The notes under the pieces are model-generated. The model ran no database searches, was not told where the DNA came from, and worked only from the letters and a program-made list of their open reading frames with translations. Made by a program: the position numbers and the translations under genes. Positions 50,106 to 63,464 of a stretch of DNA of 64,000 nucleotides are shown piece after piece (position 1 is the first letter of the stretch; every line of letters starts with the position of its first letter). Source of the stretch: Macrostomum lignano (lineage: Eukaryota); assembly GCA_002269645.1 (NCBI GenBank), contig NIVC01002797.1, positions 1 through 64,000 on the forward strand, in the 5' to 3' direction.

Positions 50106-52449
50106 CGCAGTGCTAATCTGGACGTAGTGCTAATCTGGGGGAAGTGGGGCTAATCTGGGGGTGTGCGGCTAATATGGGGGGAGTAGTGCTAATCTTGCAC
50201 GTAGTGCTAATCTGGGGGAAGTGGGGCTAATCTGGGGGTGTGCGGCTAATATGGGGGGGGGGGTAGTGCTAATCTGGGGGAAGTGGGGCTAATCTGGGGG
50301 TGTAGGGCTAATGTGGGAGAATAGTGCTAATCTGGTGAGGATTTAAAAATAACGAATAATCATAAAAGAACTATAAATGAATTGAAATTGCAGTTTCAAA
50401 CATTAGGAAATGTAACTTTTTAGAACTTTTTAGTCTCAGTAAAATTGGTGTGAAACTGCTGAGAAATTTGCTACTGCAGAACTGCTCGGAGATTAGTGAG
50501 ACTTGCTCAGCGACTGTGCAAAACTGCTTATAGACAAGCGCTAAACTGCTAAGAAGCCACCCGGAGGGGGGCTAAATGGCTAGTCACAATATACTAAATC
50601 TCTAAGATCTGTCTGTCTGTCTGACCGGTATTCCAGTCTACAGCCTGAATGCCTGAACCGATTTTTTTCAAACTTGCTTCATTCAATTGCAAATTCTTGT
50701 GAGATTGTGTGGGTGTAATTGCATTTAAAAAAATCGAATGGGAAGATGGTTAAATATTCGAAAAACGAGTTTTCCCTATGCTTTCAATGGGAGGCTAGAA
50801 AAGGTCAAAATATCACCGACTGAATTTCAATTCCAATTAAGATTGCGCCACAACTTTTCTCTGTTCACTGTGTACGCCTCAATACTGGCTGCAATACAAT
50901 AAGGGAGAGGAAAATAATGCTCAGTGGCTGCGTGTGTACATTCTAACCCTGGCTGACTGGCGGACTGCATAGACAATTGCTATTTATAGATTTCACTCAA
51001 TTGTGCATTGGCTCTGCCTGCACATAACTGCTTAATGAACTGAGCAGCCTATCACTGCTATGTATTTGACTGCAGTGCCGAAGAATATATGGCTGATTTT
51101 TGCGCCCTCCGATCAGTAGGCGGAATAGCCGCAGTGTAGGCACTAGGACTAGGTTTAGGCTAGGCATAAGGTCCAAGGTTCGAGTCCGCCTCCCCAGCGG
51201 ATAATTAAAATTAAATAAATTCATTCATTAGTAGCTTCTGCCTCGACTATTTTAAACATTTTTTGATTAATTGTAATTAAATTTTTTTTATTAATTACAA
51301 TAATTTATTTTTGCTACTCGCACAAGCAACTAAGCAAATTTGATTTGATTTGTAAAATCCTAAGATCCCATTCATTGTTATTATCTAGGTCTATAGAAGT
51401 AGATTTTTAGTATACAGGACTAAACTGCAGGGGATTAAATTACTAAACTGCAGACGATGCTGCTAAACTGCTGAGGTATTGCTAAATGCTGAGTGGTGCA
51501 AAAGATTGCCGATATGTATCGAAAATCGATTAGTGAGCCATAAAATGCTGAGCTTATTTCAACATTGTTGAAAGCATCATTGCAGTAGACGATGCTGCTA
51601 AACTGCTGAGGTATTGCTAAATGCTGAGTTGCGCAAGACTGCCAATATGTATCGAAAATTGATTAGTGCGCCGTCGTAAATGCTGAGAAAATTTTTAAAT
51701 CATTGAAAAGATCATTGCAGTTTGCTGAGAATACTAAGGGGCCAGCTGAGAGAACTGCAGACTGCTGCAAAGGGATAAATGAGAATTATTAAGGAAACAC
51801 TTGCTGACTGCAAATGAATTGACTGCAGACTACTGAGGGGAACTGCAGATTGTTGAAGGGATCATTGCAGACTGCAAAGGGGACAAACTGCAAACTGCTG
51901 ACGTTAGTTAGTTTCTCGAGACTTATGAGCGTATAAGCTGCAAACTGCCGAGGGGATAGCTGCAGACTGCTAGGATAATAATGGCAGACTTCTGAGGAGG
52001 ATATCTAACTGTGAATAATTGTAGCTTGCAGAAGGGACAATTCTGGGTCCCTGAGGGATAAATGAATAATATTAATAAAAGTTGTAGAGTGCAAATGAGT
52101 TGTATGACTGCATGTCTGTTTTGCGGAATTAGAAGGGATAATTTCAGGTTGTTGTGGGGATAACAGCCAATTTCTGGGGAGGGTTTAACTTTAAACTTCT
52201 GAGGCGATAATAGTAGTCGCCTTTTAGCAGTTTGGGAGTGGTGCTAATCTGGGGAGCGGTGCTAATCTAAGGGAGTGGGGCTAATATAAAGGAGTGGGGG
52301 GGGCTAATCTGGAGGAAGTAGCGGTGCGAATTTTTGCGGAGTGGTGCTAATCTGGAGGAAGTAGCGGTGCGAATTTTTGCGGAGTGGTGCTAATCTGGGA
52401 AGGTGAAACTATCTGGGAAGCGGCGGTAATCTGTGGAGCGGTGCTTATC

Positions 52450-53010
52450 TAGGCTGAGTGCTAATCTGGGCTGAGTACTAATCTAGGCTGAGTGCTAATC
52501 TGGGCTGAGTACTAATCTAGGCTGAGTGCTAATCTGGGCTGAGTACTAATCTAGGCTGAGTGCTAATCTGGGCTGAGTGCTAATCTGGGCTGAGTGCTAA
52601 TCTGGGCTGAGTGCTAATCTGGGCTGAGTGCTAATCTGGGCTGAGTGCTAATCTGGGCTGAGTGCTAATCTGGGCTGAGTGCTAATCTGGGCTGAGTGCT
52701 AATCTGGGCTGAGTACTAATCTAGGCTGAGTGCTAATCTGGGCTGAGTACTAATCTAGGCTGAGTGCTAATCTGGGCTGAGTGCTAATCTGGGCTGAGTG
52801 CTAATCTGGGCTGAGTGCTAATCTGGGCTGAGTGCTAATCTGGGCTGAGTGCTAATCTGGGCTGAGTGCTAATCTGGGCTGAGTGCTAATCTGGGCTGAG
52901 TGCTAATCTGGGCTGAGTGCTAATCTGGGCTGAGTGCTAATCTGGGCTGAGTGCTAATCTGGGCTGAGTGCTAATCTGGGCTGAGTGCTAATCTGGGCTG
53001 AGTGCTAATC
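52450..53010. repeat. 17-bp minisatellite (CTGGGCTGAGTGCTAAT), ~33 copies
   Basis: Inside unit 50584-53321; only about one copy at the same site in unit 53322-56075 (~55730). Confidence 0.95.
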
Positions 53011-56000
53011 TGGGGGAAGTGGGGCTAATCTGGGGGTGTAGGGCTAATGTGGGAGAATAGTGGTAATCTGATGAGGATTTGAAAATAACGAATAATCATA
53101 AAAGAACTAAAAATGAATTGACATTGCAAAGTTTCAAACATTAAGAAATGTAACTTTTTAGAACTTTTTGGTCTCAGTAAAATTGGTGTACAACTGCTTA
53201 GAGATTTGCTACTGCAGAACTGCGCGGAGATTAGTGAGATATGCTCAGCGACTGTGCAAAACTGCTTATAGACAAGCGCTAAACTGCTAAGAAGCCACCC
53301 GGAGGGGGGCTAAATGGCTAGTCACAATATACTAAATCTCTAAGGTTTGTCTGTCTGTCTGACCGGTATTCCAGTATACAGCCTGAATGCCTGAACCGAT
53401 TTTTTTCAAACTTGCTTTATTCAATTGCAAATTCTTGTGAGATTGTGTAGGTGTAATTGCATTTAAAAAATTCGAATTGGAAGATGGTTAAATATTCGAA
53501 AAACGAGTTTTCCCTATGCTTTCAATGGGAGGCTAGAAAAGGTCAAAATCTCACTAACTGAATTTCAATTCCAATTAAGATTGCGCCACAACTTTTCTCT
53601 GTTCACTGTGTACGCCTCAATACTGGCTGCAATAAGGGAGAGGAAAATAATGCTCAGTGGCTGCGTGTGTACATTCTGACCCTGGCTGACTGGCGGACTG
53701 CATAGACAATTGCTATTTATAGATTTCACTCAACTGTGCATTGGCTCTGCCTGCACACAACCTGTGCACACTGAGCAGCCTATCACTGCTATGTATTTGA
53801 CTGCAGTGCCGAAGCATATATGGCTGATTTTTGCGCCCTCCGATCAGTAGGCGGAATAGCCGCAGTTTAGGCACTAGGTCTAGGTTTAGGCTAGGCATAA
53901 GGTCCAAGGTTCGAGTTCGCCTCCCCAGCGGATAATTAAAATTAAATAAATTCATTCATTAGTAGCTTGTGCCTCGACTATTTTGAGAATTGCTTGATTA
54001 ATTATCTATTGCCTGAGCAATTAAAATTCTTTTATTAATTACAATAATTTATTTTTGCTACTCTCACAAGCCTTTAAGCAAATTTGATTTGATTTGTAAA
54101 ATCCTGAGATCCCATTAATTGTTATTATCTAGGTTTATAGATGTATTAATTAAATTACTTAACTGCAGACAATGCTGCTAAACTGCTGAGGTATTGCTAA
54201 ATGTTTGAGTGGTGCAAAAGATTGCCGATATGTATCGAAAATCGATTAGTAAGCCATACAATGCTGAGCTAATTTCTACATTGTTGAAAGGATCATTGCA
54301 GTTTGCTGAGGATACTGATGCTGATACTGATTGCTGAGGTAGTTCCTCCAGACTTATGAGTGTATAGCTGCACACTGCTGAGGGGATAACTATCTAGATC
54401 TAGAGAGTTTTAAGTGGATAATAACGGTGAAGTATTAAGTGCACGTTGTTGAGGCGATAACTGCGGACTGCTGAGTGAATTATTGTAGTTTGCTGATGTT
54501 AATGAAAGTTGTAGACGGCAAAGTGGATAACTGCAGGCTGCTAAGAGTATTACTGCAGTCTGTTTTGCGGGATTAAAATGGATAGCTAATTTCAGGTTGT
54601 TGTGGGGATAACTGCCGATTTCTGGGGGGAGTCTGAGAAAGGTTAACTTCGAACTGCTGAAGTTACTAAACTTGTTGAATAGTATAAGGATTTTTTGACC
54701 ATCTGTCAATAGGCAAAATAGCCAGGCAATAACAGGCATAGACTAAGCAGAAGGTCGGCAGTTCGAGTCTGCGTTGAAGCAGCAAATTTATCTTTGTGAC
54801 CTGTGAGAATAATCATTGTCATGCAGGCATCAAACATTTAAATTTAAAGGAAGGTACTTTTGCTGGCTGCGTTAAGCTTCTAGAGCAGTGCTAATCAGTG
54901 AGCCGTACAATGCAGTCATACATAGGCTGCTAAGTTGCAGACGATGCTGCTAAGCAGCTAAACTCCTGAAGGTATTGCTAAATGCTGAGTTGCGCAAGAC
55001 TGCCAATAAGTACCGAAAATTGATTAGTGAGCCATAGTAAATGCTGAGCAAATTTATCATTGGAGTTTACTGAGAATACTGAGGGGCCAGCTGAGAGAAC
55101 TGCAGACTGCTGAGAGGATAAATGAGAGTTATTAAGGAAACACTTGCTGACTGCAAATGAATTAACTGCAGACTACTGAGGGGAACTGCAGATTGTTGAA
55201 GGGATCATTGCAGACTGCAAAGGGGACAAACTGCAAACTGCTGACGTTAGTTAGTTTCTCGAGACTTATGAGCGTATAAGCTGCAAATTGCCTAGGGGAT
55301 AGCTGCAGACTGCTAGAAGAATAATGGCAGACTTCTGAGGAGGATATCTAACTGTGAATAATTGTAGCTTGCTGAGGGGACAATTCTGGGTCTCTGAGAG
55401 ATGATTGAATAATAATAATAAAAGTTGTAGAGTGCAAATGAGTTGTACGACTGCAGTCTGTTTTGCGGAATTAGAGGGGATAATTTCAGGTTGTTGTGGG
55501 GATAACAGCCGATTTCTGGGGAGGGTTAACTTGAAACTTCTGAGGCGATAATAGTAGTCCCCTTTTAGCAGTTTGGGAGTAGTGCTAATCTGGGAGGGGT
55601 GCTAATCTAGGGGAGTGGGGCTAATCTAAGGGAGTGGAGCTAATATAACGGAGTGGGGGGCTAATCTGGAGGATAGGGGCTAATCTGGAAGAAGTAGCGG
55701 TGCGAATTTTTGCGGGGTGGTGCTAATCTGGGCTGAGTGCTATAATCTGGGCGCAGTGCTAATCTGGGGGAAGTGGGGCTAATCTGGGGGTGTAGGGCTA
55801 ATGTAGGAGAATAGTGCTAATCTGGTGAGGATTTGAAAATAACGAATAATCATAAAAGAACTATAAATTAATTGACATTGAAAAGTTTCAAAAATTAAGA
55901 AATGTAACTTTTTAGAACTTTTTAGTCTCAGTAAAATTGGTGTACAACTGCTTAGAGATTTGCTACTGCAGAACTGCTCGGAGATTAATGAGATTTGCTC

Positions 56001-57349
56001 AGCGACTGTGAAAAACTTCTTATAGACAAGCGCTAAACTGCTAAGAAGCCACCCGGAGGGGGGCTAAATGGCTAGTCCTATATACTAAAAATGAAATGTG
56101 TGTCTCTGTGAGATAGATTTCAGAAAAAACGGCTTAACCGATTTTCTTCAAACTTGCACCATTCGATCAGAAATTTTCCTGGGACGGTACATGCATCTTG
56201 GCTAAGAAATCACTCAATGTTAAAGGGATTAAATATTCGAAAAACATGCTTTTTTGCAAAGGTCAAGCAACTCTTTAGACCTGAAATTCATTGTAAGAAT
56301 GCTAGAGAAAAAACTGACTGGCTGAATTCTGATTGTGATAAAAATTACATCACAACAACAAGTTGAAAAAGTCTCAAAAAATGCGCACAAGACTTGATTG
56401 AGATTGCGTAACCATATTGTATTCATTTATTGTCCGTGTGCTGGCTGAACTTTACTGAGTTTTACTGGCTGAAACTGATACTGACTGTTTGAGCAACTGA
56501 TTATGTCATATCTGCTTCGTGTGATTTAGTCTAAGGCGGGAGTGTTGAAGGTGTTGCATTGCATGTATAAGAGCTAAAATTAATATTATCAAAACGATGA
56601 GAGCTAGCCTAGAGTTGAACAGACTGAACTGATGCACGATGTGGGTTCGAATTTTCAGAAACTTTTTAACGCAGGAAAACTAAAGAAAACTTTAAAAGAA
56701 TCAAAACAGTGTGGAAGCATAGCACCAAACTTGATTGAGATTGCTTTAAAATCCTATATACAAAAAAAATTTTGTTGTCTGTGGGTAGGTAGGTATGCGA
56801 TAGATTTCAGAAAAAATGGCTCAACCGATTTTCTTCAAACTTGCACCATTCGATCAGAAATTTTCCTGGGACGGTACATGCATCTTGGCTAAGAAATTGC
56901 TCAATATTAAAGGGATTAAATATTCGAAAAACATGCTTTTTGCAAAGGTCAAGCAAAATTTTCGACTTAAAACCCATTGTAAGAATGCTAGAGAAAAAAC
57001 TGACTGGCTGAATTCTGATTCTGATAAAGATTGCATCACAACAAGTTGAAAACAGTGCCAAAGAAATGCACACACGATTTGATTTAAATTGCGTAACCAT
57101 ATTGCTAACTTAAAATGAGACTGGTACTGGCTGACTGATAAATTGATTATGTCATAACTTTTTACTCTAATTGACTTGCTGTAAGAATTGAATTATAAGG
57201 GCCACAATTCATGTTCTCCAATTGAAAAGAGATAGCCTATATACGAACAGACTGGACTACCAACGTAGCGACCTGGGTTCGAATCTTAGTAGTGAAAAAT
57301 AATTTTTTTATTAAAACACCTTGAAAACACGAAACTGCTAAACATAAAA

Positions 57350-60010
57350 AAGCACAATGTCAAACATAAAAGAGGCACCATGTCAAACATTACATGGGTA
57401 CCATGTAAAACATATACGTGACTCTTTGTCAAACAAGCCACCATGTCGAACATTAAAGAGCCACCATTTCGAACATAAAAGAGCCACCATTTCGAATATT
57501 AAAGAGCCACCATTTCGAACATTAAAGAGCTACCATTTTGAACATTAAAGAGCCACCATTTTAAACATTAAAGAGCCACCATGTCAAACATTTAGGAGCC
57601 ACAATGTCAAACATTTAAGAGCCACCATGTCGAAAATAAAGAGCCACCATTTCGAACATTAAAGAGCCACCATGTCAAACATTTAGGAGCCACCATGTCA
57701 AACATTAAAGAGCCACTTTGTCGAACATTAAAGAGCCACCATTTTGAACATTAAAGAGCCACCATTTTAAACATTAAAGAGCCACCATGTCAAACATTTA
57801 GAAGCCACCATGTCAAACATTTAAGAGCCACCATGTCGAAAATAAAGAGCCACCATTTCGAACATTAAAGAGCCACCATGTCAAACATTTAGGAGCCACC
57901 ATGTCAAACATTAAAGAGCCACTTTGTCGAACATTAAAGAGCCACCATTTCGAACATTAAAGAGCCACCATTTCGAACATTAAAGAGCTACCATTTTGAA
58001 CATTAAAGAGCCACCATGTCAAACATTTAGGAGCAACCATGTCAAACATTTAAGAGCCACCATGTCAAACATATATGTGACTTTATGTCAAACATTAAAG
58101 AGCCACCAAGTCTAACATAAAAGAGCCACCATGTCGAACATTAAAGAGCCACCATTTCGAACATTAAAGAGCCACCGTGTCAAAAAATTAAGATCCACCA
58201 TGTCAAACATTAAAGAGCCACTTTGTCGAACATTAAAGAGCGCCATGTCAAACATAAAAGAGCCAACATGTCAGACATTAAAAAGCGACCGTATCAAACA
58301 TAAAGAGTTACCGTGTAGAACAAAAAAGAGCCACCATATCGAACAAAAAAGAGCCACCATGTCAAACATTTAGAAGCCACCATGTCAAAGATTTAGAAGC
58401 CACCATGTCAAACATTTAAGAGCCACCATGCAACCATTTAAGAGCCACCATGTCAAACATAGAAGAGCCACCATGTCAAAACACAAAAGTGCCATCATGT
58501 CAAACCTAAAAGAGCCACCATGTCTAACATAAAAAGCCACCATATCGAACATTAAAGAGCCACCATGTCAAAAGTTAAAGAGCCATTATGTCAAACCTAA
58601 AAGAGCCACCATGTCGAACATTAAAGGGCCACCATGTAGAACATTAAAGAGCCACCATGTCAAACATTAAAGAACCACCATGTCGAACATTAAAGAACCA
58701 CCATGTTAAACATTAAAGAGCCACAATGTCAAAAATAGAAGAGCCACCATGTCAAACATAAAAAAGCCACCATGTCTAACATTAAAGAGCCACCATGTCA
58801 AACATTAAAGAGCCACCATGTCGAACATTAAAGAGCCTCCATGTCTAACATTAAAGAGCCACCATGTCAAACCTAAAAGAGCCACCATGTCAAACATAAA
58901 TCTGGCATGATGTCAAACATTAAAGTGCTACCATATCGAACATTAAAGAGCCACCATGTCTAAAAGTAAAGAGCCACCATGTCGAACTATAAAGGGCCAC
59001 CATGTAGAACATTAAAGAGCCGTACCATGTCAGACATTAAAAAGCCACCGTATCAAACATAAAAGAGTTACCATGTAGAACAAAAAAGAGCCACCATGTA
59101 AAACATTTAGGAGCCACCATGTCAAACATAAAGAGCCACCGTGTAAAACATTTAGGAGCCACCATGTCAGACATATATGTGACTTTAAGACAAACATTAA
59201 AGAGCCACAATTTAAAACATTAAAGAGCCACCATGTCTAACATAAAAGAGCTATACCATGAAGAAAATTAAAGAGCCACCATGTCGAACATTATAGAGCC
59301 ACCATTTCGAACATTAAAGAGCCACCATGTCAAAGATTTAAGAGCCACTATTTTGAACATAAAAAGAGCCACCATGTCAAACATTCAAAAGCCGCATTGT
59401 CAAACATTAAAGAGCCATTAGATCGTACATTAAAGAGCCACCATTTCGAATAATAAAGAGCCACCATGTCAAACATAAAAGAGCCACTATTTTGAACATA
59501 AAAAGAGCCACCATTTCGAACATAAAAGAGTCACCATGTCGAACATAAAAGAGCCACTATTTTGAACATAAAAAGAGCCACCATTTCGAACATAAAAGAG
59601 CCACCATGTCAAACATAAAAGAGCCACTATGTCAAACAGTAAAGAGCCACCATGTCGAACATTAAAGCGCCACCATGTCGAACGTTAAAGAGCCACCATG
59701 TCAAACATTAAAGAGCCACATTGTCAAACAGTAAAGAGCCACCATGTCGAACATTAAAGAGCCACCATGTCGAACATTAAAGAGCCACCATGTCGAACGT
59801 TAAAGAGCCACCATGTCGAACATTAACGAGCCACGATGTCAAACATAAAAGAGCTACCAAGTTAGACATAGAAGAGCCACCATGTGAAACATATATGTGA
59901 CTCCATGTCAAACATTAAAGAGCCACCGTTTCTAACATTAAGGAGCCACCATGACAAACATAAAACTGGCACAAACATAAATTGTCAAACATTAAAGAGC
60001 CACCATGTAG
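57350..60010. repeat. 23-bp satellite B (GAGCCACCATGTCAAACATTAAA), ~115 diverged copies
   Basis: Tandem array inside Helitron unit 56752-60513. Confidence 0.95.
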
Positions 60011-60139
60011 AACATAAAATAGCCACCATTTCAAACACAGGAGAGACATTTTCAAACGTAATAAGAAGCGTCATGCCAATCATAAAGGAGCCCTCAGAAA
60101 GCTAAAAGGAAATGTTGCACCATATTCTTTTTGTCTGGT

Positions 60140-60350
60140 GGATGCTTGCTATTTAAGGATAGATACTTGCTATCAATTGGATGCTTGCTATCTGGGGGTG
60201 CTTGCTATCTGGGGGTGCTTGCTATCTGGGGGTGCTTGCTATCTGGGGTGCTTGCTATCTGGGGGTGCTTGCTATCTGGGGGTGCTTGCTATCTGGGGGT
60301 GCTTGCTATCTGGGGGTGCTTGCTATCTGGGGGTGCTTGCTATCTGGGAG
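60140..60350. repeat. 16-17-bp minisatellite (GGGTGCTTGCTATCTGG)
   Basis: Tandem repeat; explains spurious ORFs at 60131-60578. Confidence 0.9.
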
Positions 60351-62039
60351 GAGGGGGGGTGTTTGCTGTCTTGGGATGTTTTCTTTTTGCATTGCGCTTC
60401 ATTTGAGCAGTTTTTCTGTTGTCTTTGTGAAGACTCTATTTGGCGGGTTTTTTTACTTGTAGAGAACAGAAGTTCTATCCAGATGTCCCCCATCGGGGGG
60501 CGAAGATTGCTAGTAGAAATTCTGATACTGTACCCATGTAAAAGGCAATTGCAGAATGCTTCATATACGATAGCTTGAGGAAATATCACATTGAAAAGTT
60601 TTAAAATGTTACTTGAGAGAGTACATAATTAATGTATAAAAACGTATTAAGAGTTCTTCGCCAAGTCGAACAGCTCTTTGAGTCTTTATAGTTTACGAAG
60701 GCGTCCACGAGTAAATGTACGTTCAAGGACCACTCGGACGATACGTACGTTACGAGTAAACTCCTAGTAAAAGCTGCGTTAGGGTCTTTTATAAATTTCA
60801 ATTTTATCAACTGAACACAAAATCTTTGTCCATCTTTTGTCGCCTGTTGCTAGCCTCGCTACGATTCTGCAGATTCGCGATCAGCTGACCAGTCTGGCTA
60901 CCGACCTTGTTGCCATAGTTACCAGCCTCCGTGCTGGGCACTGTGACTGCCAACCTGTCAGAGGTGTCCAGTAGACTTCGTTCAGTTCCCCCTTCGGAGC
61001 CATGCTTAGCTGCTGTCTTTGGTTGGCCCTGAAATTGAGGCAAACTTCTAAAACTGTACCCGATACAAGCATGTACATGCGCCGAAATACATATGCCATG
61101 TACGCGCTGTAGAGCTAACACTTACGCGTTGATCGTAGTTGGCTAGAAATCCCCACTGCTCATCTCTACAAAAAGGAATGCATGAATTTTCATCATTGAT
61201 TAATTTATGCATGCTAGTACATATGGCGTGCGCACAGCTAGCAGGCCCCAAAGCCCCCAAAGGGTAACCAAGCTCGACAAATGACAGGAGCTCAACTTTT
61301 GGGCCTCTTGGACGCGGCATCTACCGGCCGAAGGCAAGGGTAGGGAGGCACTCACCAAGAGTCATAGGCGCCCACCATGATACCAAATGTTCGCGTCCCT
61401 AAAGCATGCTAAACTAAAGTATGCTAAAATTTTCGAATCGAACTCGCCTCTGCCGATCAAGACGCGCCTCGCGTATCAAATTTTGGCGCCAAATTTCGTC
61501 GCGCAATGCCGGATCAATCGCCATGGAAACTGCGACGCGAGATGACCAACTCGCAACTTGAGTCTTTAGAAGATTGAGTCTAGACAATGCTCCACGGTAG
61601 TTACTGCAGTGGGAGGGCAACATGCAGCTGCTTACTAGTTTTACAGTGCAGTCTGGTCGAACTAGAGGAGTGCAGCAACCAAACAGCTCTCTCTTAGCTA
61701 CCGACTCCGCATCCAGTCGCATTGAAGCCACAACTGCTGTACAGGTACCCCATCTGGGGGGGGGGAGGATCAGGCGAATCCCAACAACAGCTCTTAAAGC
61801 TATAACGCTTCTTCCCCTCTGCCCAAAAGCAGATGTATTTAGCAGCGGAGAAGTCGCGCAGACAGCCTATTGTTCTCAAACGGAATGGATCGATATAGTC
61901 GCCTGCTCTCATCTCTAACCGCTGTCTGTCTGCATCTCTCTTACCCTCTCGTCTATCTCTCATCCCCCGAAAATGGTTTTTTTTCCCATGCGACACTTAA
62001 TTAAATTGGAAATGGCATTTTTCCTTTGGAATTTTTTTC

Positions 62040-62071
62040 ATTACCCCACGGTTGGTGCGGGACTAGCTAGT
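62040..62071 (+). mobile_element. Additional candidate Helitron 3' end
   Basis: CCCCAC-GGTTG-GTGCGGG imperfect hairpin, then ACTAG-CTAG|T (CTAG at 62067-62070). Confidence 0.45.
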
Positions 62072-62239
62072 AGACTGATGGAGTAAGGAGTGGTGCAGTA
62101 CCGCTGTATGGGGCCAACTATGCAATTGGGAATTATACTGCCTAATCATGGGGATTTCAGTAATTTTTTTATTATATGTTTAGCCAAAAAACATCTTCAT
62201 TAGACTTCCATACGGAACCTTCTCATGGATAACTATAAT

Positions 62240-62830
62240 CGACTTGGCAACCTTCCAGTCTACAATCATCCAATCGGAAACTCTCCTGTCTACAATCATC
62301 CACTCGGCAACCTTCCAGTCTATAGTCATCCAATCGGCAACCTTCCAGTCTATAGTCATCCAATCGGCAACCTTCCAGTCTATAGTCATCCAATCGGCAA
62401 CCTTCCAGTCTCCAGTCCTCCACTCGGCAACCTTCCAGTCTATAGTCATCCAATCGGCAACTTTCCTGTCTACAATCATCCACTCGGCAACCTTCCAGTC
62501 TATAGTCATCCAATCGGCAACCTTCCAGTCTCCAGTCCTCCACTCGGCAACCTTCCAGTCTATAGTCATCCAATCGGCAACTTTCCTGTCTACAATCATC
62601 CACTCGGCAACCTTCCAGTCTATAGTCATCCAATCGGCAACCTTCCAGTCTCCAGTCCTCCACTCGGCAACCTTCCAGTCTACAATCCTCAACTCGGCAA
62701 CCTTCCAGTCTATAGTCATCCAATCGGCAACCTTCCAGTCTCCAGTCCTCCACTCGGCAACCTTCCAGTCTATAGTCATCCAATCGGCAACTTTCCTGTC
62801 TACAATCATCCACTCGGCAACCTTCCAGTA
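62240..62830. repeat. 30-bp minisatellite (CGGCAACCTTCCAGTCTATAGTCATCCAAT), ~20 copies
   Basis: Tandem repeat with variant units; explains four overlapping ORFs. Confidence 0.95.
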
Positions 62831-63293
62831 GACGAAAATCTTCATCCAGAAACCAATCCAATTTCTAGCATGTACCGTCCCCATCAAAAAGAGCTCAGCC
62901 CCTGCCTGAGCAATATTCGACATAGTACAAGCATTCCGTCAGTTCAAAGCAGGATGGAATCTAAAAAAAACGAAAAGTTGAACTCCCGCGGACAAGAATT
63001 TCTAGATAAGCAATGATGTACACTCCTACCATCATTGGTTTAGCAATACTCTCTATCTAGGAATGTTAAATTGCCTGCAGGAAAAATTGAAAGTCTCAGA
63101 GCCAACTACTGCTGACTTTGTACGCTTTTTGTTTTAAAAATAAAATTCTTATCAATTCAAATTTGTGGTTGCTCAAGCTTGCAACACACTTGAGAACATT
63201 TATTATCTTTAGTAGCTGCAGATATTTGAGACCATTGGTCTGCCTGAAAATATCATACTGCACCTGTCAGTTTGAAGTCTTCTGCTATTTCTG

Positions 63294-63464
63294 ATGAAGC
63301 TCATGAATTGTGAATTGATTTGGATTATTCTATCAGCGCTGCTGTGCTGCGGTCAGCTGGGATCATCCGGCATTGAATTGGGATCGGACGGCCGATTCAG
63401 CGGTATTCGAGTGTCCATCGATTCTGGCGTACCTGTCAACAGGACTGCGTTAGGGAAGCTGAAG
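63294..63464 (+). CDS. CLCA: CLCA-like (calcium-activated chloride channel regulator family) first coding exon
   Basis: Hydrophobic signal peptide, then GIELGSDGRFSGIRVSIDSGVPVNRTALGKLK, resembling CLCA1 [31 protein letters not shown]. Phase-0 donor AAG|GTGAGT at 63465. The rest lies beyond the window. Confidence 0.75.

Larger units (their letters stand above)
31650..60513 (+). mobile_element. Head-to-tail array of non-autonomous Helitron-like elements (~29 kb)
   Basis: Eleven 3' ends, each a GC-rich hairpin 7-12 nt before CTAG, ending at 32007, 32357, 32708, 34058, 38413, 43457, 48177, 50583, 53321, 56075 and 60513. The first ten are followed by a homologous 5' end T(C)..TATACTAAA (truncated to TACTAAA at 48178), usually with a TTTG/CTGT microsatellite. 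Two more 5' ends (33714, 56752) follow A. No Rep/helicase ORF seen. Confidence 0.85.

Noticed and set aside
33584-57290. tRNA gene calls for the A/B-box cassettes
   Set aside because: Acceptor and anticodon stems do not form a cloverleaf; they are treated as SINE-like heads.
62180-63016. Four overlapping long ORFs (GNLPVYSHPI, DWKVA, LEGCR repeats) suggesting a repetitive structural protein
   Set aside because: A 30-bp unit without stops in several frames on both strands produces these automatically; no splice or homology support.
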